A stretch of 64,000 nucleotides of DNA from assembly GCA_965223265.1 (NCBI GenBank), contig OZ244999.1:7328001-7392000 (forward strand), written 5' to 3'. This document shows positions 51,074 to 61,558 of this stretch, one piece after another; the stretch's first letter is position 1, and each line of letters begins with the position of its first letter. The DNA is from Planctomycetota bacterium (GTDB lineage: Bacteria; Planctomycetota; UBA8108; SXIK01). Below the pieces are notes generated by a model, which searched no databases, was not told where the DNA came from, and was given only the letters and a program-made list of their open reading frames with translations. Both the position numbers and the translations under genes were made by a program.

Positions 51074-53227
51074 TTACTTAAACACCGCGCCGGCCATACG
51101 TCCGTACGCGACGTGGCTTTCTTCAGTGAACAGGTTCGCTTCTTCGACGAGCTTGCGCACACGGTCGGTACTGGCACCGCCGAAATCCTCCTGCGCCGCA
51201 CGCAGGTAGTACTCCGCGACACCGGGTACGAAACGCCCGGCTTCAAAGAAACGCTGACGGAACTCCCCGACCCGGTCGTAGTCGTCCGTCAGAAAGAGAC
51301 CTTCTGCAGTGAGCAGACCGTCGGCGGCCTTGTCCATCGCCTCTCGGGCCGCTCGCGCCGCCTCGGCATCGCGTCCTGACTCCAGCGCCAACGTCGCCTC
51401 AAAGACAAGCCGCTCCGCCTCCTCGAGAAGAAACTCCGACTGCGTGACCATCTCACCGGCGCACTCGCCTTGGCCGACGTCCTTGACGTACAACCACGGT
51501 TGCCGGTTGTCGTAGTAGAAGGAGTCGTCTTCGCCGATTTCCGCGAACGGGGCCAGCTCCTCGTGAATGCGAGCCTTGCCGAGACGCTGCATGCACGCCT
51601 GGAAGGTCTCGCCGTTCTGCTTCTGACTGTCGTAAAGGCCCGTCAGCTTGCGAACAACGTCAGGAGCCTTCGACGCCGGCACCTTGGCGACGCCGAGGCC
51701 GTAGGCGTCGGCATTGTTCTCGGTAGTGCCTCCGATGATGACTTGAAAGAGCGGCGCCACCTTGCCGCTCTTTCTCTTGGAAGTGCCGAAGAAGCCGATG
51801 TTGGCGATATGATGCTGGCCGCAAGAATTGAAGCAGCCACTCATCTTGATCGAGATATCGGTCCGCGGGGCACCGTCGCCGTCGCTGATGCCGTTGCCGC
51901 GTTGCAGATCGCGGAGGAATTCACGATGGAGAACGCCAGCCAGTCCACGCGACGAAGCGATACCGAGCTTGCAGGAGTCGGTTCCGGGGCATGCCGTCAT
52001 GTCCGCCATGCTGTTGGCGAGCGGCTGCGCGAGGTGAATCGCCTTGAGGTCGGCGTAGAACTCCGGCAGATCCGAACTGGAAACCCACCTCACGACGAGG
52101 TTCTGCGTCACCGTCGCGCGGACTTGACCGTGCGTATATTTGCGAAGAATCGTTGCGAGTCCTCGTAGCTGAGCAGAAGTCAGATCTCCGAGAGGCAAAA
52201 AGACCGTGACGATCGAGTAACCGGCCTGCTTTTGCAGTTCCACATTGGTGCGGCGCCACGCCTTGAAGCCGGCGCTGTGGCTCGGATCATCTTCGTTCAG
52301 CTCTGACGGTCCCTTGAGAGGTTCATCCTTGTAACGCTGAAGCTCGTCTTCATAGCTAGACCACTGATCTTGGCGGGGGATTCTCGACATTTCATCGAGC
52401 ACCAATTTGCGGAACTCGTCGATCCCCAAGCGATCCACCAGAAATTTCATGCGAGCTCGAGCGCGGTTTTTCTTCTCGCCTTGGGCTGCGAACACTCGCG
52501 CTACTGCCTGAGCCAGCGGCAACATATCGGCAGCCGGTAAGAATTCGCTAAAGAGTTTCGCCTGATGCGGCACCGCGCCAAGTCCTCCGCCGACGTAGAC
52601 CTCGAATCCGCGCTCGACCTTGCCGTCGATCTTACGCTCGGCAGCAATCGCGCCGATGTCATGAATTCGCGCCAAGCCGCAGTGCTTGTCTGGGCAGCCG
52701 GAGTACGCGATCTTGAACTTGCGCCCAAAATTCTGGGCGTCCGGATGCCTCAGAAGAAAATAGGCCATGGCGCGGGCGTACGGGGTGACATCGAACACCT
52801 CATCGCGGCAGGCGCCGGCATACGGGCATGCTGTGACATTTCGCACGGTATTGCCGCAAGCTTCCGTCGTCGTGATCCCGACGTCCGCCAAACGGCGAAA
52901 CATGTTCGGCGTGTCGAGGATGTCGACATAGTGCATCTGGATGTCCTGACGCGTGGTCACATGCGCGATACCAACCGAGTACTCCTCCGCGACCTCGGCC
53001 AGAACGTCAAGTTGATCCGCGTTCATGAGTCCGAGAGGAATCTTGATCCGCTGCATTTGGACGTCCGCCTGGCGCTGCCCATAGACACCGTGACGTAGTC
53101 GGAATTCGAGAAACACTTTCTCGGGCATCTTCCCGTCCAGGAATCTACCGAGTTCGGTCTCGAAGGTATTGATCTCAGTCTGCACCTCGTCTGGGAGGTG
53201 CGCCCAGCGGGCCAAAACGTTACTCAT
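51074..53227 (-). CDS. Siroheme nitrite/sulfite reductase, ferredoxin-dependent type, with C-terminal helical extension
   Basis: RLRHGVYGQRQ, HVTTRQDIQ, EACGNTVRN, RKFKIA, CPGTDSC...SGCFNSCGQH siroheme/4Fe-4S ligands. Confidence 0.92.
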   Translation of the reverse strand: MSNVLARWAHLPDEVQTEINTFETELGRFLDGKMPEKVFLEFRLRHGVYGQRQADVQMQRIKIPLGLMNADQLDVLAEVAEEYSVGIAHVTTRQDIQMHYVDILDTPNMFRRLADVGITTTEACGNTVRNVTACPYAGACRDEVFDVTPYARAMAYFLLRHPDAQNFGRKFKIAYSGCPDKHCGLARIHDIGAIAAERKIDGKVERGFEVYVGGGLGAVPHQAKLFSEFLPAADMLPLAQAVARVFAAQGEKKNRARARMKFLVDRLGIDEFRKLVLDEMSRIPRQDQWSSYEDELQRYKDEPLKGPSELNEDDPSHSAGFKAWRRTNVELQKQAGYSIVTVFLPLGDLTSAQLRGLATILRKYTHGQVRATVTQNLVVRWVSSSDLPEFYADLKAIHLAQPLANSMADMTACPGTDSCKLGIASSRGLAGVLHREFLRDLQRGNGISDGDGAPRTDISIKMSGCFNSCGQHHIANIGFFGTSKRKSGKVAPLFQVIIGGTTENNADAYGLGVAKVPASKAPDVVRKLTGLYDSQKQNGETFQACMQRLGKARIHEELAPFAEIGEDDSFYYDNRQPWLYVKDVGQGECAGEMVTQSEFLLEEAERLVFEATLALESGRDAEAARAAREAMDKAADGLLTAEGLFLTDDYDRVGEFRQRFFEAGRFVPGVAEYYLRAAQEDFGGASTDRVRKLVEEANLFTEESHVAYGRMAGAVFK

Positions 53228-53756
53228 CGCTAATTCCTCATGGAATCGTTCAGTTTTCGGATTTGCCGTTGCGACGGGTCAGGTATGCGCTCACGGCCTT
53301 TGAATTCGCAGGCTCGACGAGCGCTCTCTAGGGCCGCACGCGAAGGTTGCCGCGTCAGCCGCGAAAAGCTGCTGACACTGCCTGGAACGCGCCAGCGTGC
53401 CCAGAATCTCAATCGCCATCCACACTACACCGTCCGACAACGACAACAAAGGCTGTCGAAAACACGCGCGATGATCGCGCCGAAGTATGTCGGACGGTAA
53501 GTCTGGCTTTTCATGGACTGCAGTGAGATGGTCAGTGCGGGGGGCGTGCCAAGTCTTGAGATCGAAGGAGCTTCAAGCCCTCCCGCCGGCCGCGCTGGGG
53601 CTCCCGCAAAGGCACTTCGGGTTGGCGAAGAACGCCTCCAGCTACGGTAAGAACGAGCTTTTGTTGTACAACGTTAGGCTGCGAAAGTCCAGACGCCGGA
53701 CCACCCGCAGCGATCGCCGCATTGCGCCGTTTACACACACGCGGTACGATCGACCC

Positions 53757-54053
53757 ATGCGTGACGATTGGGAAAGCTTAAAGGGAACCAAACACTTCGA
53801 AGACTTACTCGAGTTTCCCTGCGGATTTTCGATCAAGATTATCTGTCGCGCCGGTGGTTGGGTTCGAGAGGCCGTCGAGCAGCAGCTGGCGACCGTGCCT
53901 CCGGACCCGGGCGCCGAGATCGTCACCGAGCGACTCAGCCGGGGTGGGAAATACGTCGCGCTCACCGTGCGACTGCGAGTCGTCTCCGGCGGTCACCTGC
54001 GCCGGTGCTACACCGTTCTCAAGGACCTCGACAGCGTGCGGCTCGTCCTGTGA
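53757..54053 (+). CDS. DUF493/YbeD family protein
   Basis: LLEFPCGFSIKII...RLSRGGKYVALTV...Y..L...V.LVL. Confidence 0.85.
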   Translation: MRDDWESLKGTKHFEDLLEFPCGFSIKIICRAGGWVREAVEQQLATVPPDPGAEIVTERLSRGGKYVALTVRLRVVSGGHLRRCYTVLKDLDSVRLVL

Positions 54054-54243
54054 CGGACGCTGGCGGCGACGAATCGCGGCCAAACGGACAGGGGAATTTC
54101 GCAGCCTGCTTCCGCAGCATGCGGTACGATTTAGGGCTGTAGAGGTTGGGTAAAACGGGACCGGGAATCGGCACGACCGCTCGCCAGATGTGTGTGCTGC
54201 GAGCCGATCGAACCGCGTGGTCGCAGCGAGCTATAGACGAACA

Positions 54244-57200
54244 ATGAAGTCGACGAATCGCGCTTGGTTTTGGTTCCTGTTTCTGTCTCTCACTGCTTCG
54301 GCGACGATCGAAGCACAGCCCGTGATCACCGAGCTCGTGGCCAACAACGGCGGCAGCCTCCTCGACGAGTACCTCGAGCCGAGCGACTGGATCGAGATCT
54401 ACGCTGGTGAGACGGCCGTCGACCTCACAGATTGGTACCTCTCTGACGATCCAAGCGAGCTCACGAAGTGGAGATTCCCCCCTACGAATCTCGACGCCGG
54501 TGGCTATCTCATATTGTTTGCGTCTGGCAAGGATCGCGTCGGCGGCGAGTATCTCCACACAAATTTTCGACTGAACCGCGGTGGGGAATCGATCCTCCTG
54601 GTGCAGCCCGATGGCACCACGGTAGCCTCTTCGTTCGAGTTCCCCGCCCAGGTCGACTACGCATCATTTGGCGCGCGCATGCCCGCAAGCTCTGACGCCT
54701 TGATCGAAGACGGCACGACTGCAACCTTCTTCGTACCACAGAACGACGAGCTTGCATTGACGTGGACGCAGAACGACTTCGATGATTCGAGTTGGCTGAG
54801 CGGGCCACTGCCGCTCGGATATGACCAAAGCTCAACGCCCGCATATAACGACGTTCCTCTCTTCGATGTCAGTGAACAGATGCGCGGTGTCAACTCGAGT
54901 GCCTACTTGCGTATCGAGTTTGACGTTGCCGACCCAGACGTAGTCGACGCGTTTCTCGTCTCGCTCAGGTACGACGATGGACTCGCCCTTTATCTCAACG
55001 GCGAGGAAGTGCTGCGGCGCAACGCACCGAGCGATCTGAGGTGGAATTCACGCGCCACTCGCAGCCGCGCCGCGAGCGACGCACTGCGACCCGATTTCGT
55101 CAACATGAGTAGCTCCGTCAATCTTCTGCGGCCCGGGACCAATGTGCTCGCTTGCCACCTGCTCAACTTCTCCCAGAACCACCGCAACGTCCTTTTTTGG
55201 CCGCATATAGAATCCCGCACCCTCGAGTCCGTCGACGTTGACGAGCCGAACTACTTCGATGAGCCGACCCCGGGGTGGCTGAACGGAGTTGGCTTTCCTG
55301 GAGTTGCGTCGAGCATTGAGTTTTCACTGCCAACGACGCTGTCAGCAGAACCGCAGCAGGTCACACTTTCGTTCGCCCCCGGTAACGAAGTTCACTACAC
55401 CACCAACGGTCAGTCCCCGACCCTTGAGGCACCGCTCTACACCGGCTCGATAACTGTCGACAACACGATGCGTGTCCAAGCCCGCGCTTTCCAGGAGGGT
55501 CTCCTACCCGGGCCGATTGCTCGTGAGGAATACGTGCTTATCGATCCGCTGCTCCTGCAAGAGACGTCGGATGTGCCGCTCGTCGTCGTGGCGACGTTCG
55601 GCCGGGGCGTCAGCGGTTCGTTCGCAACGCCGGGCTCACTGTTCGTTTTCGACCGCGGCGACGACGGTCGAGCCGCGCTCACAAAGAACGTCGACTATGC
55701 GGGCGATGCGGCGTTCAAAGTGCGCGGCTCAAGCACAGGCTCACGAGCAAAATTCAGCCTCTCGGTCGAACTACGGGACAACGAGGGCGACGATTTTGAT
55801 GCTGAGATTCTTGGGATGCCGCCTGAGTCCGACTGGGTGCTCTACGGCGCCTTCAACTTTGACCGCGCGCTGATGCGAAACGCCTTCATCTATGAGCTGA
55901 GTAATCGCATCGGACGCTACGCGACGCGAACGAGATTCTGCGAGGTTTACGTACTGCAGAGCTCTCAGAAGCTAACGAGCGGAAACTATTTCGGCGTCTA
56001 TTCGTTCTGCGAGAAGATCAAGCGCGGTCCGGATCGCGTCGACGTCGAAGCCCTTGAACCGACCGACGTCACCGAACCGAACATCACCGGCGGTTACATC
56101 TTCAAAATCGATCGCCTCGATCCTGGGGACACTGGCTTCAGCGCCGGCGGCCAGACCATGGGCCACGTCTACCCGAAGGAGTCGATCATCGAACAGACGC
56201 CGGAGCAGCAGGAGTGGCTCAAGGACTTTGTCAACCGCTTCGCCGCGTCCCTGCGCAGCCCCGATTTCGACAACCCGGAGACCGGCTACGCATCGTTCAT
56301 CGATGTCGACGGTTGGATTGACCACCATTTGCTCAACGTCCTGGCGCTGAACGTCGACGCCCTACGGCTGAGCACGTACATGCATAAGTACCGCAGTGGC
56401 AAGTTCATCATGGGTCCTATCTGGGACTTCGATCGCTCAATGGGATCGACCGACGGACGGGACGCCAACCCAATCGGTTGGAGCGGAACCGGCGACGCGA
56501 CACCGTTCTTCACATATCCGTGGTGGCGGGATCTGTTTCGCGATCCGGCATTCTGGGAGCGCTACATGGAGCGCTGGTTCGAGTTACGGCAGGGAGAGTT
56601 CAGCACTGGCAATATCCACAACTTGATCGATGGCATGGCTCTGGAGATCGCGGAATCTAGTGTGCGGAACTACGCTAGATGGCGCAGTGCCGCACCGCCG
56701 TCGCTCGAGTTCGCGGTCGATCGACTCAAAACATGGCTCGCGAGGCGCGTGGATTGGATCGACTCACAATTCATCGACGTGCCGGAGTTCGTGGGACCGA
56801 CAGGCGAAGTCCCATCGGGATCGCTCGTCGACATGCGAACCACCGAAGGCAAAGTCATCTACACGATCAACGGGCCCGACCCAAGACCGTTCGGCGAAGA
56901 TGTGAGTCCGGAGGCTGTCGAATACGATGGTCAGCCGCTGGTCATCGTCAGCAATCAAAGAATTAGGGCGCGAACCTTCGTCGAAAACAAAGGATGGAGC
57001 GATCTGGTCACCGAGTTCTTTATTACGGACCCGTTGCCTCTTGTCATCACGGAAATCATGTACAACCCGCCTCGAGGCGAGACGACTCGTACCGTCGACT
57101 TCGAGTATCTTGAGCTCTTCAACAGAAGTGACCGACCGATCGAACTCGCCGGTGCAGGATTCTCCACCATACCGCTTTTCCAATTCGACCCCGAGACCTC

Positions 57201-57819
57201 GATGACTCTCGGGCCAAACGAGTACATCGTGCTACCCGCCAACAATACATTTTTCGCCGAAAGATACGGTGAGGACGGCATCCGCATCGGCGGCACGCTC
57301 GGTCGCGGAGCACTCCGTAACACGGGTCAAAGGATCGAACTGCTCGGACCGCTGGGAGAAACGATTGCCGATTTTGTGTATGACGACGATTGGTTCCCTG
57401 AAACCGACGGCGAGGGTTACTCGCTCGTTCTTCGCGACCCGACAACGCCGGCGACAGAGTGGAGTTCGCCCGCGAGCTGGCGGGCCAGTTTCGAGCGGCT
57501 CGGTTCCCCGGGACGGGAAGATCTCCCGGCGTCGGACGGCCGCCAGCTACCAGGAGACTTCACTCAAGACCGCAAATTGAACATCGCTGATGCGATCGGC
57601 GTCCTGCGACACTTATTCGCGGGGGTCTCGGTCCTACCATGCGATTCCGAGGTCGCGAACCAGACGCTTCTCGACGTCAACGGTGACAACAAGCTTGATG
57701 GCTCAGACGCTCTCTACACTCTGCGCTATCTCTTCTCCGCAGCGTCCCCTGCGGCAGTCCTTGGCACCGAATGCGTGTCGATCCCCGAGTGTCCGTCAGC
57801 CTGTTTCGGGCAGCCATAG
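54244..57819 (+). CDS. Secreted CotH kinase family protein with two lamin-tail domains and a dockerin-like C-terminus (paralogue 1)
   Basis: Signal peptide; VITELVANN...DWIEI (LTD); VRGSST, DWVL, MRN, GPIWDFD (CotH); ITEIMYNP (LTD); GDFTQDRKLNIAD...DVNGDNKLDGSD. Confidence 0.9.
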   Translation: MKSTNRAWFWFLFLSLTASATIEAQPVITELVANNGGSLLDEYLEPSDWIEIYAGETAVDLTDWYLSDDPSELTKWRFPPTNLDAGGYLILFASGKDRVGGEYLHTNFRLNRGGESILLVQPDGTTVASSFEFPAQVDYASFGARMPASSDALIEDGTTATFFVPQNDELALTWTQNDFDDSSWLSGPLPLGYDQSSTPAYNDVPLFDVSEQMRGVNSSAYLRIEFDVADPDVVDAFLVSLRYDDGLALYLNGEEVLRRNAPSDLRWNSRATRSRAASDALRPDFVNMSSSVNLLRPGTNVLACHLLNFSQNHRNVLFWPHIESRTLESVDVDEPNYFDEPTPGWLNGVGFPGVASSIEFSLPTTLSAEPQQVTLSFAPGNEVHYTTNGQSPTLEAPLYTGSITVDNTMRVQARAFQEGLLPGPIAREEYVLIDPLLLQETSDVPLVVVATFGRGVSGSFATPGSLFVFDRGDDGRAALTKNVDYAGDAAFKVRGSSTGSRAKFSLSVELRDNEGDDFDAEILGMPPESDWVLYGAFNFDRALMRNAFIYELSNRIGRYATRTRFCEVYVLQSSQKLTSGNYFGVYSFCEKIKRGPDRVDVEALEPTDVTEPNITGGYIFKIDRLDPGDTGFSAGGQTMGHVYPKESIIEQTPEQQEWLKDFVNRFAASLRSPDFDNPETGYASFIDVDGWIDHHLLNVLALNVDALRLSTYMHKYRSGKFIMGPIWDFDRSMGSTDGRDANPIGWSGTGDATPFFTYPWWRDLFRDPAFWERYMERWFELRQGEFSTGNIHNLIDGMALEIAESSVRNYARWRSAAPPSLEFAVDRLKTWLARRVDWIDSQFIDVPEFVGPTGEVPSGSLVDMRTTEGKVIYTINGPDPRPFGEDVSPEAVEYDGQPLVIVSNQRIRARTFVENKGWSDLVTEFFITDPLPLVITEIMYNPPRGETTRTVDFEYLELFNRSDRPIELAGAGFSTIPLFQFDPETSMTLGPNEYIVLPANNTFFAERYGEDGIRIGGTLGRGALRNTGQRIELLGPLGETIADFVYDDDWFPETDGEGYSLVLRDPTTPATEWSSPASWRASFERLGSPGREDLPASDGRQLPGDFTQDRKLNIADAIGVLRHLFAGVSVLPCDSEVANQTLLDVNGDNKLDGSDALYTLRYLFSAASPAAVLGTECVSIPECPSACFGQP

Positions 57820-57887
57820 ACGCAGATTCGCGGCACCAATCGCGATCGAAGCGTTGAACCGCGGTCGACGCAGCGAAAAGAGACCGA

Positions 57888-60800
57888 ATGAGAACGCACC
57901 GCTCGGAAATCTCTCAACCCAAGAATGTCACATGTGGTCACGGCGCTCAGTACGCCGGGCGACCCACGCTGTTGCCGTCACTTGTCCGCGGAGTTGCGAC
58001 TGTCTGCATTCTCATGGCCTCGGCGGCCGTCAATGCTGACGTCGTCATCACCGAGTTCATGGCGAGCAATTTCGACGCCCTGCAAGATGACGACTGCGAA
58101 TACTCAGATTGGATCGAGCTGTTCAACTTCGGATCGAGTGCGACAGATCTCAACGGCTGGTCCTTAACCGACGACCCATCGGATCTGACAAAATGGGTCT
58201 TCCCGGACGTCGTCCTTCTCGAGGGGGAACACATGGTCCTCTTCGCGTCAGGGAAGGATCGTCGCGATCCCGAGAAAGCACTTCACACAAACTTCAAGTT
58301 GAGCGCCGCCGGTGAGTTTCTTGCACTCGTCGATCCGAGCGGGGCGCTACGCTCCACGTTCGCCCCCGAGTACCCGCCCCAGACCTACTTCGCGACCTAT
58401 GGCGCCAGTATAGAAACCCAGCGCACCGAGTTGATCACCCCCGATCATGTCGCGCGCTACCATGTTCCGACCATCGATGATGCTCCACTGGAGACTTCCT
58501 GGGCAGAGCTTGACTTCGACGACAGCGGGTGGGCTGAAGCTCCACTGCCGTTTGGATTCGACGTCAGGTCGCAGCCGGTGTTCGATGAGTTTTTCACTAC
58601 CGACCTCGCCGACGTGATGCACGCGAAGGGTGCGTCGATCTGGGTCAGGATCCGATTCGACATCAATGACGTCGCGGCGGTTCACTCTCTCCTGCTCCGA
58701 ATGCGATTCGACGACGGCTTCATCGCGTTCGTCAATGGCGCTCGCCTGGGGAGCAGTGCAGCACCCGAAGCGGTGAAGTGGAATTCAACGGCGACGGCCG
58801 CACGCCGCAGCGAAGACTCCACAGAGTTTGACGATTTCCCACTTCTCGGGTTTAAGCGACACCTTCGTGACGGCTCCAACGTGCTGGCCATTCAGGGCCT
58901 CAACATCGCGCGCCAAAGCAATGACTTCCTTCTTGATCCGACGCTCGAGTCAGCCACCGTACTTTCGATCGATGCCGAGACGCGGGTCTTCCTTGAGCCG
59001 ATCACTCCTGGCTCTGTCAATCCATCCGGGAAGGAGCTGATCGCAAGCCGCCCTGAATTCTCACACCCGAGAGGCCTCTTCGCCGCGCCGTTCGATCTCG
59101 AGCTGACGCACGAATCTCCCGACACGACGATTCGCTATACTCTGGACGGTGAAGAGCCCACATTGGAATCGCCGATCTACGATGGCCCGATCCCAATCGA
59201 GACATCGACGAAGGTCACGGCGCGCTCCTACAGGCCTGGCACCATCCCGAGCGACGCCGTTCGCCAAACCTATCTCGCGCTCGACCCAAACCTATTCGAT
59301 TTTTCTTCCGACTTGCCGATCGTCGTCGTGACGACGTTCGACAGAGACATCGGCGCGGGCGCCTTCGCCGACGCCGACATCGTCGTGCTCGACCGCGGCT
59401 CCGATGGGCGTGCGATGCTTCTCGACGAGCCTGTCTTGTCGTCGCTCGCAGGCGTCAAACTGCGTGGCTCCAGCACACAGAGCCGGCCTAAACGAGCCTA
59501 CAGCGTCGAAATCCGTGACCTGAAGGATGCCGATCGCGATGTTGAATTCCTCGGCATGCCGGCGGAGTCAGACTGGATTCTTTACGCCGCGTTCAACTTC
59601 GATCGAGCTCTCATGCGCAACGCGTTCATCTACGAGATCAGCAATCAGATGGGTGTTTACGCACCGCGAACGAGATTTTGCGAAGTCTTCGTCGCTGCCA
59701 GAGGCCAGCCCGTCTCGATGTCCCACTACGTCGGGGTCTATTCGGTCATCGAGAAAATCAAGCGCGGCGAAGACCGCGTCGATATCGACCGGCTCCGCCC
59801 GGGGGACGTCACAGAACCCGCGATCTCCGGGGGGTACATCGTCAAGATCGACCGTCTCGATCCCGGCGATCGCGGCTTCAATGCTGGCGGGCGAACCCTC
59901 GCCTACGTTGAACCGAAGGAATCGGATGTTTTGAAAGTCCCGGCGCAGGTCGAGTGGATCGCCGGCTTTTTCGATGCGTTCAAAGCCACACTCGATTCGC
60001 CGGAATTCGCTGATCCCGTCGGCGGCTACCATCAATTCATCGACGTCGACGAGTGGATCGATCATCATCTCCTCAATGCGTTTACCAAGAACCCCGACGG
60101 TCTGGCACTGAGCACATACCTCCATCTGCCTCGAGAGGGCAAGCTCGCGATGGGGCCGATCTGGGACTTCGATCGCGCCATGGGGCCGGACGACGATGGG
60201 CGGGCACTGAGTCCCGCCGGCTGGACGCACTATTTTTCCATTCTGTGGTGGAATCGGCTCTTTCAGGACCCCGCCTTTGAGGATCGTTGGTGGACCCGCT
60301 GGTTCGAGCTCCGCGATAGCTTCTTCACCGTCACGAACATGCACGGAGTCATCGATCGTTTCGCCGCCGAGATCGCCGAAGCCCAGGTGCGAAACTTTCA
60401 GCGTTGGCCGGGCCTGGTGGCAGAGGACGGAGGCTGGGAATCCGAAGTAGAACAGCTGCGGGTCTGGGTCGCCGAGCGTCTCTTGTGGATCGACAGCCAG
60501 TTTTTCGACAGCGTGAGCGGACCGCCGGGCGGCGTCGTCGACGTTGGCACCAAAATCGTCCTGAGCAGCACCAGCGACGAGATCTTCTACACGCTGACTG
60601 GTGGTGAGCCTCGCGAGCACGACGGTACCGTATCCGCGGGCGCAGTCCTCTACGATGAACCTCCGGTCGTCACGACGAATGTCCGTATTCGCGCCCGAGC
60701 GCGTTTCGATTCTCGCTGGTGGGGACCGGCGTTTGATCAGATCTACATCACTGAGCCGATTCGTTTGGTGATCACCGAGGTCAACTACGCGCCGCGCGAC

Positions 60801-61535
60801 CCTTTCACGAGACGACCGCGAACGCAGGAGCAGTTTATCGAAGTGCAGAACGTCGGCGATCAAGACATAGAGCTGGCAGGCATCTCACTTGTCGGGTCAC
60901 CGCGTTTCAGCTTCGGGGGGGCGAGCGTGCAGACACTGCGCCCGGGAGAGTTTGGCGTGCTCGTGCGCGATCAGGAGGAGTTCGCGGCGCGCTACGACAC
61001 CAGCGAGATCAACATCCTCGGTGAATTTGCCGGCCAAATCACCCCCGCCGGACAGGCATTCACGATCGTCGGGCCGCTTGGGGAAGTCGTACAACAGTTC
61101 TCGTTCGATGGAACTTGGTACGAAGAGGGCAGTGCGAACGGCCACTCGATCGTCATCGTCGACGCAGAGGGCGAAGCGGATGCTTGGAATCAGATGGCCG
61201 GCTGGCGCCCTAGTCACGCGCGCGGTGGTTCCCCGGGTCGTCCAGACGCCCCAGTGGAGCCCGGCGAACGACTCCCCGGTGACTTCAATCGTGACCAACG
61301 ACTGAACGTGACCGACGCGGTCACCCTCTTGAGAGGACTCTTCAACGGCTCGTCGTTTCCACCCTGCGAGACTTCTACAGGCACGACCCGACTTCTCGAC
61401 GCAAACGGTGATGCGCTGCTCGATCTCGCCGATGCCGTGCATCTTCTGCGCTACCTCTTCGCCAGCGGAGCGCCGCCCCACCTCGGAAACACCTGCGTGA
61501 CCATCCCCGGCTGCTCGACAAGCTGCGACGGATAA
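57888..61535 (+). CDS. Secreted CotH kinase family protein with lamin-tail domains and a dockerin-like C-terminus (paralogue 2; start uncertain)
   Basis: Same architecture as paralogue 1: VITEFMASN, LRGSST, GPIWDFD, GDFNRDQRLNVTD...DANGDALLDLAD. Confidence 0.9.
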   Translation: MRTHRSEISQPKNVTCGHGAQYAGRPTLLPSLVRGVATVCILMASAAVNADVVITEFMASNFDALQDDDCEYSDWIELFNFGSSATDLNGWSLTDDPSDLTKWVFPDVVLLEGEHMVLFASGKDRRDPEKALHTNFKLSAAGEFLALVDPSGALRSTFAPEYPPQTYFATYGASIETQRTELITPDHVARYHVPTIDDAPLETSWAELDFDDSGWAEAPLPFGFDVRSQPVFDEFFTTDLADVMHAKGASIWVRIRFDINDVAAVHSLLLRMRFDDGFIAFVNGARLGSSAAPEAVKWNSTATAARRSEDSTEFDDFPLLGFKRHLRDGSNVLAIQGLNIARQSNDFLLDPTLESATVLSIDAETRVFLEPITPGSVNPSGKELIASRPEFSHPRGLFAAPFDLELTHESPDTTIRYTLDGEEPTLESPIYDGPIPIETSTKVTARSYRPGTIPSDAVRQTYLALDPNLFDFSSDLPIVVVTTFDRDIGAGAFADADIVVLDRGSDGRAMLLDEPVLSSLAGVKLRGSSTQSRPKRAYSVEIRDLKDADRDVEFLGMPAESDWILYAAFNFDRALMRNAFIYEISNQMGVYAPRTRFCEVFVAARGQPVSMSHYVGVYSVIEKIKRGEDRVDIDRLRPGDVTEPAISGGYIVKIDRLDPGDRGFNAGGRTLAYVEPKESDVLKVPAQVEWIAGFFDAFKATLDSPEFADPVGGYHQFIDVDEWIDHHLLNAFTKNPDGLALSTYLHLPREGKLAMGPIWDFDRAMGPDDDGRALSPAGWTHYFSILWWNRLFQDPAFEDRWWTRWFELRDSFFTVTNMHGVIDRFAAEIAEAQVRNFQRWPGLVAEDGGWESEVEQLRVWVAERLLWIDSQFFDSVSGPPGGVVDVGTKIVLSSTSDEIFYTLTGGEPREHDGTVSAGAVLYDEPPVVTTNVRIRARARFDSRWWGPAFDQIYITEPIRLVITEVNYAPRDPFTRRPRTQEQFIEVQNVGDQDIELAGISLVGSPRFSFGGASVQTLRPGEFGVLVRDQEEFAARYDTSEINILGEFAGQITPAGQAFTIVGPLGEVVQQFSFDGTWYEEGSANGHSIVIVDAEGEADAWNQMAGWRPSHARGGSPGRPDAPVEPGERLPGDFNRDQRLNVTDAVTLLRGLFNGSSFPPCETSTGTTRLLDANGDALLDLADAVHLLRYLFASGAPPHLGNTCVTIPGCSTSCDG

Positions 61536-61558
61536 CAGCCGACACGGAGCGAGACGGT

